From the NCBI GenBank assembly GCA_963804995.1, contig CAWDSK010000003.1, forward strand, positions 1,120,001 through 1,184,000: a DNA stretch of 64,000 nt, given 5' to 3'. Below, piece after piece: positions 51,313 through 61,322 of the stretch. The DNA is from an uncultured Acidobacteriota bacterium (lineage in GTDB: Bacteria > Acidobacteriota > Terriglobia > UBA7540). The notes below the pieces were generated by a model. The model was not told the DNA's origin, did no database searches, and saw nothing but the letters and a program-made list of their open reading frames with translations. Positions within the stretch are counted from its first letter, which is position 1; every line of letters begins with the position of its first letter. Both the position numbers and the translations under genes were made by a program.

Positions 51313-51537
51313 GATTTATCCTTTGGCCCTGAAATTACCCGATAGCGGGAGAAGGTAGTTTGACACAAAAATCCGGCGGGACATTTGAAAACGTGTGGTC
51401 TGGCACCTATCTGGATTGCCGAGGAGCGTGCCATCAAAAGCAATTTCCCTTACGCATAACTTGTTGCACTATGATAGGCAGCCAAGCCCTCAGGTGAGCG
51501 TGGGGGTGGCTAATTCACTGGACGAATCGGGCCTACG

Positions 51538-52407
51538 GTGAGCCTCAAGGGGATTTCCAAAACCGCTTACGCGCTGGTCAAAGAGGCAAGCTCGGCGTGG
51601 GCGGAAGATAACGCCCCGAGCATGGGCGCCGCGCTGGCGTTTTACACAGTCTTTTCGCTTGCTCCGGTCCTGATTGTCGCCATAGCGATTGCGGGTCTGG
51701 CCTTCGGGCAGAAAGCGGCGGAGGGCGAATTCTTACGACAGCTCCAAACCTTGATTGGAGACACGGGAGCACGAGCCGTGCAAGCGATTCTGCAGAGCGC
51801 CGACCAGCCCGCCCTGGGAATTATTGCCAGCGCCCTGGGCATCGCGACCCTGCTGATTGGTGCGTCAGGGGCGTTTGTGGAGCTCCAGGGTGCGCTCAAT
51901 AAGATCTGGAAAGTTCCGCGCCAGCGTGAAAGCGTCTGGTTGCGCGTAATTCGACAACGCTTCTTGTCGTTCGGCCTGGTCCTGGGTCTGGGCTTCCTGT
52001 TACTGGTGTCGCTGGTGGTCAGCGCCGCGCTCGCCGCCGTGGCGCATTTCATAGCGCCGATGATTCCCTGGCCGATCTTTTTGTTGGAGGCGATCAATTT
52101 TCTTTTCTCGTTGGGTGTGATTACGCTGCTGCTCGCGATGATCTTTAAGTATCTACCTGACGTTGATATTTCCTGGAGTGACGTGTGGATGGGCGCCGCC
52201 GTCGCGTCGTTACTCTTGACCACCGGCAAAGCGGTGATTGGAATGTATCTCGCCCGGTCCACTGTCGCGTCAGCCTACGGGGCGGCATCATCCCTCGCCA
52301 TAATTCTCACTTGGGTTTATTACTCCGCGCAGATTGTTCTTTTTGGAGCGGAAATCACGCACGTCTACTCCTACCAACACGGTTCACAGTCGGAAGAAAC
52401 CCCGTAG
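51538..52407 (+). CDS. YihY/virulence factor BrkB family membrane protein
   Basis: [41 protein letters not shown]. Confidence 0.92.
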   Translation: MSLKGISKTAYALVKEASSAWAEDNAPSMGAALAFYTVFSLAPVLIVAIAIAGLAFGQKAAEGEFLRQLQTLIGDTGARAVQAILQSADQPALGIIASALGIATLLIGASGAFVELQGALNKIWKVPRQRESVWLRVIRQRFLSFGLVLGLGFLLLVSLVVSAALAAVAHFIAPMIPWPIFLLEAINFLFSLGVITLLLAMIFKYLPDVDISWSDVWMGAAVASLLLTTGKAVIGMYLARSTVASAYGAASSLAIILTWVYYSAQIVLFGAEITHVYSYQHGSQSEETP

Positions 52408-52476
52408 CCCCGTACGCTGCGGCCTCGTGTTCTCTGGGGAAGGTGGACAAGGGGACGTGGAGTACGGGCCAAGTCA

Positions 52477-53628
52477 TCAGATCCTGATAAATTCCTTTTT
52501 GCGATACATCCAATATAGTAATAACCAGACGATGGCGAATGCCGCGCTGGCCTCGACGAATCCGGCCCAAGGGCCGAGGCGCGGGAGCAGGTGACCCACG
52601 AAGATGTTGCCTACGTGCCGGAAATCAAAAACTTGAGTGGCGATGTAAACTGCGAGCGAATTCATGCCGATCACGATGAACCCGAACGCCCACTTCCTAT
52701 AGCCGAGCACGTCGATGATCCAGTAGAAGAGCGCCAATGCCATAAAGCTCAGGCCGCCGGAGATCAGCACGTAAGAACTTGTCCACATCAGCTTGATCAC
52801 GGGAAACGAAAGGCTCCAGAGAAGTCCTCCCGCCAGGCTTACCGCGCCCGCAGTCAGCAGATGGACGATCTTGCCGAACGGCGTACCGTCAGACATCAGC
52901 ATCTGCCCGGCCAGGACGCCCAGCAATACGGAGGCGCCGAAGCCCAGATAGCTCAGGAACCAGGTATTCTCCCCATAATGCAAATGGCCGAGAACCCACT
53001 GGTCCACATAAGTCGGCAGGTTGCCTTCAGGAGTCAGGACTCCCGCGCCGACTCCGGGCACGGGGATCAGCATCACCATGGCCCAGTAGACAAGCAGCAT
53101 TGCCGCGATCGTGGCCACATGCCATTTCGGCTTCACCTTCAAAGCCACGAGGGTCGCCACCAAATATCCCGCGGCGAGTCCATGCAGCACGCTGTAGCAG
53201 GGACGGAATTTCGACCAATCGAACAAAAGGAGATTTCCCTGGGTGATCGTTCCCAGGCTGAACATGACGATAGCCCGCCAGACTGCGTGGAGCAGCAGGG
53301 TGCGGTCACTCTGGCCCCGGGCCCGCCGTTTCGCCACCGCCAGTGGGATGGCTGCCCCCATGACGAACATAAAGAGTGGCCAGATGAGGTCGTAGAAGTG
53401 CAGGCCCTGCCAGGGCACATGGTCGAACTGTTCGAGGAACTTGTCGAAGGAGGGGCGGTGGATGACTTTCCCCAACCCGAACAGCATCGCGGTGCCCCCG
53501 GTAATCCAGAACATATCGAACCCGCGCAGGGCATCGAGCGAGACCAGTCTTTCCGTGGGCGGTGGCGGGGTAGGGACCGCTTCGCTTGCAGGGGCCGGAC
53601 ATTCTCGTTCTACATCCGTGGCTTCCAT
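52477..53628 (-). CDS. HGSNAT/DUF5009-like membrane acyltransferase
   Basis: RLVSLDALRGFDM, H..W.G..FYDLIWPLFMF, PVIKLMWTSSY, GMNS. Confidence 0.88.
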   Translation of the reverse strand: MEATDVERECPAPASEAVPTPPPPTERLVSLDALRGFDMFWITGGTAMLFGLGKVIHRPSFDKFLEQFDHVPWQGLHFYDLIWPLFMFVMGAAIPLAVAKRRARGQSDRTLLLHAVWRAIVMFSLGTITQGNLLLFDWSKFRPCYSVLHGLAAGYLVATLVALKVKPKWHVATIAAMLLVYWAMVMLIPVPGVGAGVLTPEGNLPTYVDQWVLGHLHYGENTWFLSYLGFGASVLLGVLAGQMLMSDGTPFGKIVHLLTAGAVSLAGGLLWSLSFPVIKLMWTSSYVLISGGLSFMALALFYWIIDVLGYRKWAFGFIVIGMNSLAVYIATQVFDFRHVGNIFVGHLLPRLGPWAGFVEASAAFAIVWLLLYWMYRKKEFIRI

Positions 53629-53694
53629 GGAATCCTCCTCGAAAACGTTACCATTCAGGTGACCTTACTTCGCTGGCACGCGCCGCACGTTCCA

Positions 53695-53807
53695 GCAGGC
53701 TGATGAAAAGCCACGTAGCGGCGGGTTTATCCCGCCATCCGCTCGTTGGCAATATGGCGGGGTAAACCCGCCGCTACGTCGCACCGTAAGGGTTTCTCCA
53801 CAGCTTG
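53695..53807. mobile_element. MITE enclosing a GTAGCGGCGGGTTTA REP doublet
   Basis: Inverted relative of 28225-28346. Confidence 0.6.
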
Positions 53808-53943
53808 CCAGGCGGACGCCGGGCAGGCACTTCCTCCCGGGTGAGGAGGATTATATGGCGAAAAGAGAGTGAGCCCAAAGTCTCTTATTGACAGCCCCAG
53901 GACTGTCGGGTATTCAAACGTCGGAGAGAAAGGACCTGACGAT

Positions 53944-54717
53944 ATGGAGATAACGCGACGCAGTCTATTGGTCTCTGCCAGCGGTGTGGCATCCGGTCTC
54001 GCGGTGGGAGCGTTGGGGAGGGAGGAACCAGGCGCGAAGGCGTCGTCCCCGCAAAATCCTGTCCCCCGCAAGATGAAAGTCGTGGTTTGCGGAGGCCATC
54101 CCGGCGATCCCGAATATGGTTGTGGCGGGACGGTGGGGCGCCTGACCGCCCTTGGGCATGAAGTGGTTCTGCTTTATCTGAACGATGGCGCCTGGCCACC
54201 GACCCCGGCCACCACGCGCCAGGCAGAGGCGATAAAGGCCTGTGAGATTTTGAAGGCGCGGCCTGCCTATGCCGGACAAGTGAATGGACATGCCGTGGTC
54301 GATCCGGCTCATTACGAGGACTACCAAAAACTAATCGCCGCTGAAAGTCCCGACGCCGTAATAACGCAGTGGCCCATCGATAATCATCCTGACCATCGCG
54401 CCATTTCCATGCTAACTTACAATGCCTGGCATAATCTGGGAAAGAAATTCGCGTTGTATTACTACGAAGTTTCGAACGGGGAAGATACCCTGCAATTCTC
54501 GCCCAATCGCTACATCGACATCACAGAAACCGAAGCTCAAAAGCGGGCGGCCTGCTACGCGCACGCCAGCCAGACTCCGGATAGGTATTACGCGCTGCAA
54601 GATGAAGTTGCCCGATTTCGCGGCATCGAACGTGGATACAAACGAGCAGAAGCATTTCTGCTACAGATACAGAGTCCGTACGACATATTCTCGGGTGATC
54701 GTATTGCTACGTCATAA
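53944..54717 (+). CDS. PIG-L/LmbE family deacetylase (Tat)
   Basis: TRRSLL; GHPGDPEYGCGG; D.HPDH; HASQ. Confidence 0.9.
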   Translation: MEITRRSLLVSASGVASGLAVGALGREEPGAKASSPQNPVPRKMKVVVCGGHPGDPEYGCGGTVGRLTALGHEVVLLYLNDGAWPPTPATTRQAEAIKACEILKARPAYAGQVNGHAVVDPAHYEDYQKLIAAESPDAVITQWPIDNHPDHRAISMLTYNAWHNLGKKFALYYYEVSNGEDTLQFSPNRYIDITETEAQKRAACYAHASQTPDRYYALQDEVARFRGIERGYKRAEAFLLQIQSPYDIFSGDRIATS

Positions 54718-55512
54718 GGCGAGGGCCTTGTAACGGTGGGGCTAATGGTTTTTGAATTTATAAGTTGCAAATTGTGGCGCCCCGCGGGTGTAAGTAACCC
54801 CTCATCCGGCCTCCTACGTCGGCCACCTTCTTCCGCCACGGCGGATCTACGACCCCTGGGGAGAAGGCTATGATCCGGTTCCGGCCAGGGGAAGGTTATA
54901 TCGGAGCACCCACCGGCCCCATGGCACAACCCTTCTCTGCGTGTGCCGATCCAATACCCCACCTATAGCGTTGGTGGCACGGGCAAAGCCAATATCCATT
55001 CAATCCGCCGAGGGAGGTGGAGGTTATCAGTCAATTCGTGGCGCGCGAAAGCAAACCCACCGGACTCCTGGCCAGATTTCCCTGGCATCGGCTCGCGACA
55101 TGTTGAGAAGGTAACCCTGATGCCATTGTGCGCCCGGAATTTCCCTCCGAGCGTTTTGCGGCAATCTTCACGCCCCGTCAAATCAACGGGGTGCTCTTCG
55201 TGTTCCGGGCAGGCTCCCCCAGCCCCATCTATGAAACGCGTCCGGTCTTTGGGCAGCTGCTTTTGCAGCAAATGCATCACTATCGCGTTTTGGCGAAGGG
55301 TAGACAGGACGATGAATAGAAACATGGCCAGGAGTTATAGCAGAACAGTGGCAGGAGGGCGGCAGCCATGTTCTTGATTTTGCAGTCGGCCAGAGTTTTG
55401 ACGAACCACACCCGCGCCTGAACGATTTTCTGCTTTCCTCACGCCTTGGGCGGCGGTAATATCCGGCACGTAGCGAGGAACGCCCTCATCATCCCCCCTC
55501 GGAGTGTGAGTC

Positions 55513-56964
55513 ATGACTGCCCCGATTTCTTTAAGAATCCTCAGTGACAATGCCATGCGCGAAATCCATGCGGCCAGTCTCGATATCCTGGATCGCACGG
55601 GGGTGCTGGTGGAAGACGAGCCCGCGCGCGCCATGCTGGCCCGCCAGGGTTGCTACGTGGAGGGAGAGCGCGTGCGGATTCCCTCCACGGTCGTGGAAGA
55701 AGCCCTGCGTCTAGCGCCCAAACGGGTCACCGTGTGGGACCGCGATGGCCGCAGCATCGCCATGCATCTCGAGGCTCGCCACAACTATTTCGGGGGCGGC
55801 TCCGACTGTCCCTTCGTCATCGATCCTGAGACGGGGGAGCGGCGCCGGGCGCGGCTCGAGGATGTGGCTCGGCTGGCGCGCCTGAATGACGGCCTCACAC
55901 ACATCAACTTCATCATGTCGATGGCCTTGCCGCAGGATGTCCCAGCGGAAATCTCCGATGTGCTGGCCTTCCTCGCCATGACCGAGAACAGCACCAAGCC
56001 CATCTGTTTTACGGTTTTCACTCCGGAACGCTTGGAGACGATCTATCAGGTCATGAAGGCAATCCGGAGTGAAGCAGACTTGCGGCGGCGGCCCTTCGCC
56101 ATCCATTATGCGGAGCCTGTCTCGCCGCTGCGCCACCCGAGCTCATCCGTCAGCAAAGTTCGTTTCTGCGCCGAACGGGGCATTCCGACCGTTTACGCGC
56201 CGTGTGTCATGGCGGGCGGCACGGCCCCCGTAACGCTTGCCGGGGTTTTAGCGATGGCGAATGCGGAATGCCTGAGCGGGTTGGTGTTGAGCCAGGGCTT
56301 TGCGGCTGGCGCTCCCTGCGTCTTTGGGGCCTTGGCCACGGTGCTCGACATGAAGACCACGGTGTTCTCCTACGGCGCGCCGGAGTTCCAATTGATGACC
56401 GCCGCCCTGAGTGACCTGATACACCACTATGGCTTGCCTTGCTGGAGCCAGGCTGGCATGAGCGAATCCAAGGAAGTTGACGCGCAAACGGGGACGGAGT
56501 ACGCGCTCGGGATACTGAGCGCGGCCCTGGCCGGGGCCAACCTGATCCACGATGTGGGTTACCTGGACCAGGGCTTGACCTCCTCACTCGAATCATGTGT
56601 GCTGGCAGATGAGGCGATTTCGATGGTGCGCCGGTTTATGCGCGGGATCGAAGTCACCCCTGAGACGCTGGCCGTGGACGTCATCGACCGCGTGGGACCC
56701 AACGGGAATTTCCTGGGCGAAGAGCACACGCTGAAATACATGCGTAGCGAGATCTGGTATCCCACCGTCTTTGAACGCCGCCGTTTCGAGGATTGGGCGA
56801 AGGACGGAGCCCAACCGCTTAAGGTCAGGCTGCGTGAGCGCGCCGTGGAGATTCTGAAAACGCACCGGCCGGTTCCGCTTCCAGGGGAGACGTTGAAGGT
56901 ACTCAGGGGAATCGCCGACGAACTCCGGGCAGGGTCTAACCAGGAGGTCTCACCGGCTTTTTAG
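55513..56964 (+). CDS. Trimethylamine methyltransferase (MttB) family protein, no pyrrolysine codon
   Basis: IHAASLDIL..TGV, SPL, AGGTAPVTLAG, GAPE, D.Q.G.E, GANLIHDVGYL, VGPNGNFL. No in-frame TAG. Confidence 0.9.
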   Translation: MTAPISLRILSDNAMREIHAASLDILDRTGVLVEDEPARAMLARQGCYVEGERVRIPSTVVEEALRLAPKRVTVWDRDGRSIAMHLEARHNYFGGGSDCPFVIDPETGERRRARLEDVARLARLNDGLTHINFIMSMALPQDVPAEISDVLAFLAMTENSTKPICFTVFTPERLETIYQVMKAIRSEADLRRRPFAIHYAEPVSPLRHPSSSVSKVRFCAERGIPTVYAPCVMAGGTAPVTLAGVLAMANAECLSGLVLSQGFAAGAPCVFGALATVLDMKTTVFSYGAPEFQLMTAALSDLIHHYGLPCWSQAGMSESKEVDAQTGTEYALGILSAALAGANLIHDVGYLDQGLTSSLESCVLADEAISMVRRFMRGIEVTPETLAVDVIDRVGPNGNFLGEEHTLKYMRSEIWYPTVFERRRFEDWAKDGAQPLKVRLRERAVEILKTHRPVPLPGETLKVLRGIADELRAGSNQEVSPAF

Positions 56965-57106
56965 ATCTGCTGTGTGTCCTCAAAAATCGAGCTGACTGTA
57001 GCAAAACTGTAGTAGAACGATGCAGGCTTCGGTGGTTCTCTCGCGGCCGGGAAGATTCCCGCAAATGAAAAACGGAGATCCCAGTTAATGGGAACCAGAT
57101 GCATGA

Positions 57107-58570
57107 CTACTTCAGGTCGGACCACAGGCCGTTGATCAGTTCCACGGTGCGATCCACCAGCATCTGGCCGCCTTCCGGACCCACCACATTGCTTTGCACG
57201 ATGGCACTGTAACTGCCACCCCGGACGGCCTTCTCGGTCGGCAGGTAGGAGCCCGATCCGACCAGTTGGATGACAAACGTCTGCAGGGCCTTGCTGCGCG
57301 CCTGGATGCGAATCCCGTAGTCGGTGAAAAGCTCGAAGGGGTTGGTCGACAGAGCCACGTCCCCGATGCGCAGCACGTGCAGCTCAATCTCGTATTTCGG
57401 TTGCGGGTTGGTTCTCTGTTTCTCAAACCGCTTTACGACCCCTTCATTCCACTTCATCCGCATGTAGACCTGGTCGGCCGCCTTCGGGTCTGCGGCAATC
57501 CGCGCCGCGGCTTTGTCATACTCCGCCTTCGCTTCTGCGTATTCCAGCTCGGTGACGAGGCGCATCGGCAACGCCAGCGTCTCAACCTTGTGGACCAACG
57601 GTGTGTCGGCGTGGCGATCGTTCTGCACGGTTTCGTAGGCTTCCTCCACGGCCAGCACGATACGCCGGGCTATTTCGTCCAGACGGCTCAAATTCCGGAG
57701 TTTGCGCATCCGCTCCTCGGCCGCCTTACGGTACATCAGGTGCGGCGATTGGTCGCCCGCTGCGCCGACCATGCCCAGCACACACAGATCCGCGCCAAAG
57801 CGTTGCCGTAGCGCCACGCGCACCGGATGCCAGAAGTCAGCATTCACAGTATTGTCATTCTCAACTTCTTGCGCCGGGCAAGGCACTTCGATGATCGTGG
57901 CGATGAGCTTCCCTTCCTGATTCCAGAAGAAAAGCACATTGACGTCGTGATCTTCGTAGCCCTCCAGACCCCGGAACTCCGGTACATCGGTGGCGCCGTA
58001 CATCTCGGACGAGCCATTGGCGTAAGCAGCGCGCCGGTTGTAGCCCACCACGGCATGACTGAGACCCCAGGTAACGCTCCCGGCCTGGCGGCCGTTCCAG
58101 GCTCGGGTGATCGCTTCGGACACGTGTTGGACAAAGAAAGCCCGGTAGGCATCAACCTGCGTGACGCCTCGGGGAATCAGATAATGGTCATCCACCACGG
58201 CCGCGGTGTGCGTGTGGATTGCGTTCAAGAAGATCTTATTCACCTCCAACTTGGGCAGACGTTTGTGCACCTCGTCGCGGACCTGGGCAAGGAAGTCGTC
58301 CGGGATCCCGACAAGATCGCAGGAGACCAATATCGCCATGTCGAGCGATCGGCCCCCTTCGCTTGATTCCAGGGCAACGACATTAGCCGTCAGAGGTGTC
58401 GCAGCCGTTGTGGCGATCCGTAGATTGAACTGCCCCCCCAGGGCCGCGGGCAGCGCCGGCGTGATGTCGGCGGTCGCCGTGCCAATGCGCAATTCGGCTG
58501 CGTGCAAGTTCGCCGCCCACAACAGTGTGATGAGAAATAGGCCGGCTGCAATTGGTTTGAGTTGCCGCAT
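57107..58570 (-). CDS. Secreted protein with neutral/alkaline ceramidase-like N-terminal domain
   Basis: G.A..DITP, AIHTHTA, G.AGDQSP, PFELF..YG, YLPT. Confidence 0.7.
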   Translation of the reverse strand: MRQLKPIAAGLFLITLLWAANLHAAELRIGTATADITPALPAALGGQFNLRIATTAATPLTANVVALESSEGGRSLDMAILVSCDLVGIPDDFLAQVRDEVHKRLPKLEVNKIFLNAIHTHTAAVVDDHYLIPRGVTQVDAYRAFFVQHVSEAITRAWNGRQAGSVTWGLSHAVVGYNRRAAYANGSSEMYGATDVPEFRGLEGYEDHDVNVLFFWNQEGKLIATIIEVPCPAQEVENDNTVNADFWHPVRVALRQRFGADLCVLGMVGAAGDQSPHLMYRKAAEERMRKLRNLSRLDEIARRIVLAVEEAYETVQNDRHADTPLVHKVETLALPMRLVTELEYAEAKAEYDKAAARIAADPKAADQVYMRMKWNEGVVKRFEKQRTNPQPKYEIELHVLRIGDVALSTNPFELFTDYGIRIQARSKALQTFVIQLVGSGSYLPTEKAVRGGSYSAIVQSNVVGPEGGQMLVDRTVELINGLWSDLK

Positions 58571-58782
58571 CAGGTCCTCCTGTATGGATTCCGTAACAAT
58601 TCCGATCGAGACGCCCCCCACCGCCCAAACGGGGCAGGGTGTGGTATATTTCGGCCGTCAGAAATGCCAAAAGGTAATTCCGGCTTAATATAGTTTACCT
58701 CTATTGATTCCAAAGATTACGTGAATGCTTCGATGGCTCGTTTCTTTGACGATATTTCCAAAAACTGCCAAAGGGTAAAAAC

Positions 58783-60744
58783 ATGATGAGGTTCCAACCC
58801 GGACACGTGCTCGTTGCCACCTTAACAACCCTCTTGAGCATGGGATCGGTTCTTGCCCATGCACAAAGTATCTGTGTGGTTGATGTTTCCAAGCCGGGGG
58901 CAGTTGTTGCCGATATTTGCCGTGGGCAGCAACTGGAAGAATTCAACTACCAGTTCGAAGGAGGATTATACGCGCAGCTCATTAATAATCCTTCGTTTGA
59001 GGAGCTAAAAAACCCCATCGCCTCGTGGTATTTGGTGAAGGCAGGATCCTCCCAGGGTAATTTGTATTCACAAACTCCTTCCGACACCGGGATGCTGAAC
59101 AGCCGTCAACAGCATTGCCTCAAACTTGAGGTTACTTCCGTGGCTTCAGGAAATGTCGGTTTGGCAAATGGAGGTTACTGGGGAATCGGGCTGAGGAACA
59201 ATACAACTTACAAAGTCTCCTTCTGGGCTAAAAAAGGTCCACATTTTACTGGTATTTTAAAGGCGAAGCTGGAAAGCAATGATGGCGCTGTTTATGCGGA
59301 ATCAAAGGAATTTAAGCCCACGTCGAATTGGCAGCATTTCACCTGCGACCTCACCACCCGCGGTGTGTCAAGGGTTACCGGAGACAACCGCTTCGTTTTA
59401 TATGCCTCCACAACCGGGGATGTATATTTTGATGTCGTCACCGTCATGCCGCCTACCTGGAAGAATCGGGCCAACGGCCTGCGGCTCGATTTGGCTGAAA
59501 AGCTTGTCGCCCTGAAACTCAAATATATACAGTTTCCCGGAGGTTGCACGACGGAGTCCTGCAATATGGATGTTACTTGGAATTGGAAGAACTCCATCGG
59601 CCCTCTGGAACAAAGGCCCGGTTCCACAAGAAACAGATGGGATTATAAGAACGACCTGTGTTTTGGCTTGGATGACTATCTTCAATTGTGCGAAGACTTG
59701 GGCGCTGAACCGGTCTATGTCACGTCGGCAGGCATCAGTGAAAATCCGGGGGATAAAGAGTGGTTTGGTATTTGCCCGCTGGATAAGATGCAACCCATCA
59801 TAGACGATATTCTGGATTTACTGGAGTACTGCAAGGGGCCAGCCTCCACCACCTGGGGAGCCAGGCGCGCGGCCAACGGCCATCCGGCGCCCTATAATCT
59901 TAAATATATTGAAATAGGCAATGAAAATGGGGAGGAAACGCTGCGTGAGTATGGCCCACGCTATGTCATGATCCATGACGCTCTCCTGGCGCGTTATCCT
60001 GACTTAAAGATTATGTTCAACGCCCTTCGGCAGAAGGATGTGCTTCCGCCCACGATGCGCAATCCGGTTGATTTCGTCGATCAGCATTTTTATCAGAAAG
60101 ACCTTTCAGGCTTATACGACAAATTCAACAGCATCGATCCGGCCTGGAAGAAAGTGTGTGTGGCGGAGTATGCATCCTCCCTCCATGGGAACGGAGGGAA
60201 TGTCATCGGCAATTTTGGGGATGCGCTTGGAGACGCTGTATTCATGCTGGGTTGCGAGAAGAATTCCGAGAGAATGTGGTGGACGGGGTATGGCAATTAT
60301 GCCGGCCTCGTAGGCCACGGTAATTTTGGACCCTGTCTTGTCTGGAATGACGCTGTGTCTAACTTTGGATCCCCCTCATACTATATGCAAAAAACGTTAT
60401 TTTCCGACAATCAGGGGACCCGTGTTTTACCTTTCACGCAAAATTCGGCCCGTTGCTTCTGGTCTGCATCCAAAGACACTGCCTCCGGAAGAAACGATAT
60501 ACTGCTGAAGGTGGCCAACAAATCAGACGCGCCCGAAGAAGTAAATATAACTCTCAAGGGTGCTGGCAAGGTTAATTCTGCCGGCCGTTCCATTACCTTG
60601 ACAGGTGCGCCCGCGGACGAAAATTCAATCGCAAATCCAACCAAGGTCATTCCCTCCACAGGTTCATTTGCCGCCGGCAGCACTTTCAAGTACCGTTTCC
60701 CGGCCTATTCGGTAACTGTTCTGAGGATTGGATTTTCAAAATAG
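58783..60744 (+). CDS. Alpha-L-arabinofuranosidase (GH51) with carbohydrate-binding domain
   Basis: EEFNY..EGGLYAQLI.N.SFE, FPGGC, GHPAPYNLKYIEIGNE, D.HFY, AEYA. Confidence 0.9.
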   Translation: MMRFQPGHVLVATLTTLLSMGSVLAHAQSICVVDVSKPGAVVADICRGQQLEEFNYQFEGGLYAQLINNPSFEELKNPIASWYLVKAGSSQGNLYSQTPSDTGMLNSRQQHCLKLEVTSVASGNVGLANGGYWGIGLRNNTTYKVSFWAKKGPHFTGILKAKLESNDGAVYAESKEFKPTSNWQHFTCDLTTRGVSRVTGDNRFVLYASTTGDVYFDVVTVMPPTWKNRANGLRLDLAEKLVALKLKYIQFPGGCTTESCNMDVTWNWKNSIGPLEQRPGSTRNRWDYKNDLCFGLDDYLQLCEDLGAEPVYVTSAGISENPGDKEWFGICPLDKMQPIIDDILDLLEYCKGPASTTWGARRAANGHPAPYNLKYIEIGNENGEETLREYGPRYVMIHDALLARYPDLKIMFNALRQKDVLPPTMRNPVDFVDQHFYQKDLSGLYDKFNSIDPAWKKVCVAEYASSLHGNGGNVIGNFGDALGDAVFMLGCEKNSERMWWTGYGNYAGLVGHGNFGPCLVWNDAVSNFGSPSYYMQKTLFSDNQGTRVLPFTQNSARCFWSASKDTASGRNDILLKVANKSDAPEEVNITLKGAGKVNSAGRSITLTGAPADENSIANPTKVIPSTGSFAAGSTFKYRFPAYSVTVLRIGFSK

Positions 60745-61092
60745 AGTTGAAAGTGCGGTATCCGTCCGGCGGACCCATGTCGACGGGGGGAGCTGGGCGT
60801 TATGACGTTGGTTGACCACTGTGACGAAGACGGCGACTGAATTCGTGCCGCTCGCTTTGAAGATTTTTCCCACTTGCGGCCTTTCACCGCAGGCGTCATG
60901 CACGCTGCGCAGCATTTTGCTCATGGCTGCCGCCGGGGCGGTGGCTCCGTCCACCAACCCGAAAATGATTCTGCCGCCCTGGGGATAGTCAATGGTTTTT
61001 ATTGGTGACTGGGCACGCGCAACGGGCGCACAGATCCCAAGCACGAATAGCCATAGAGCCAAGGATGCGGAAAACCGCTCATATTTGCACAT
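60736..61092 (-). pseudogene. Truncated paralog of the 61323-62786 secreted protein
   Basis: QGG.I..GLV.GAT.PA.AM...L..V....GE.PQVGK.F...G.NS.AVF.TV.N is shared, then similarity stops. Confidence 0.75.
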
Positions 61093-61322
61093 GATCTTCA
61101 CCGCTGCTGGTTCCCCGAACTTCTCGCGAGTTCAGCAGAATCTCCATCCTCGGGCCGAGGGTTACTTTTGAGGGCTTTCGATCTTCCCGGCCCGAGTTTG
61201 AAGCCTTCGGCCAGGGTCAGGAATCCACGCCCCTCCAGAAATTGGGGGTGTCCGGCGAGTGCCGGTCGGGCGCTCTTCCGCGCAAGAGCAGGCGTCGACC
61301 GCCGCTCCCGCGGGGCACGGCC

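Noticed and set aside
51313..51530. c-di-AMP (ydaO) riboswitch upstream of the KimA-like gene
   Set aside because: Expected from Bacillus precedent, but no matching motif could be identified.
54943..55377. Overlapping 120-144 aa ORFs upstream of the MttB gene
   Set aside because: No motifs, RBS or coding-like composition on either strand.
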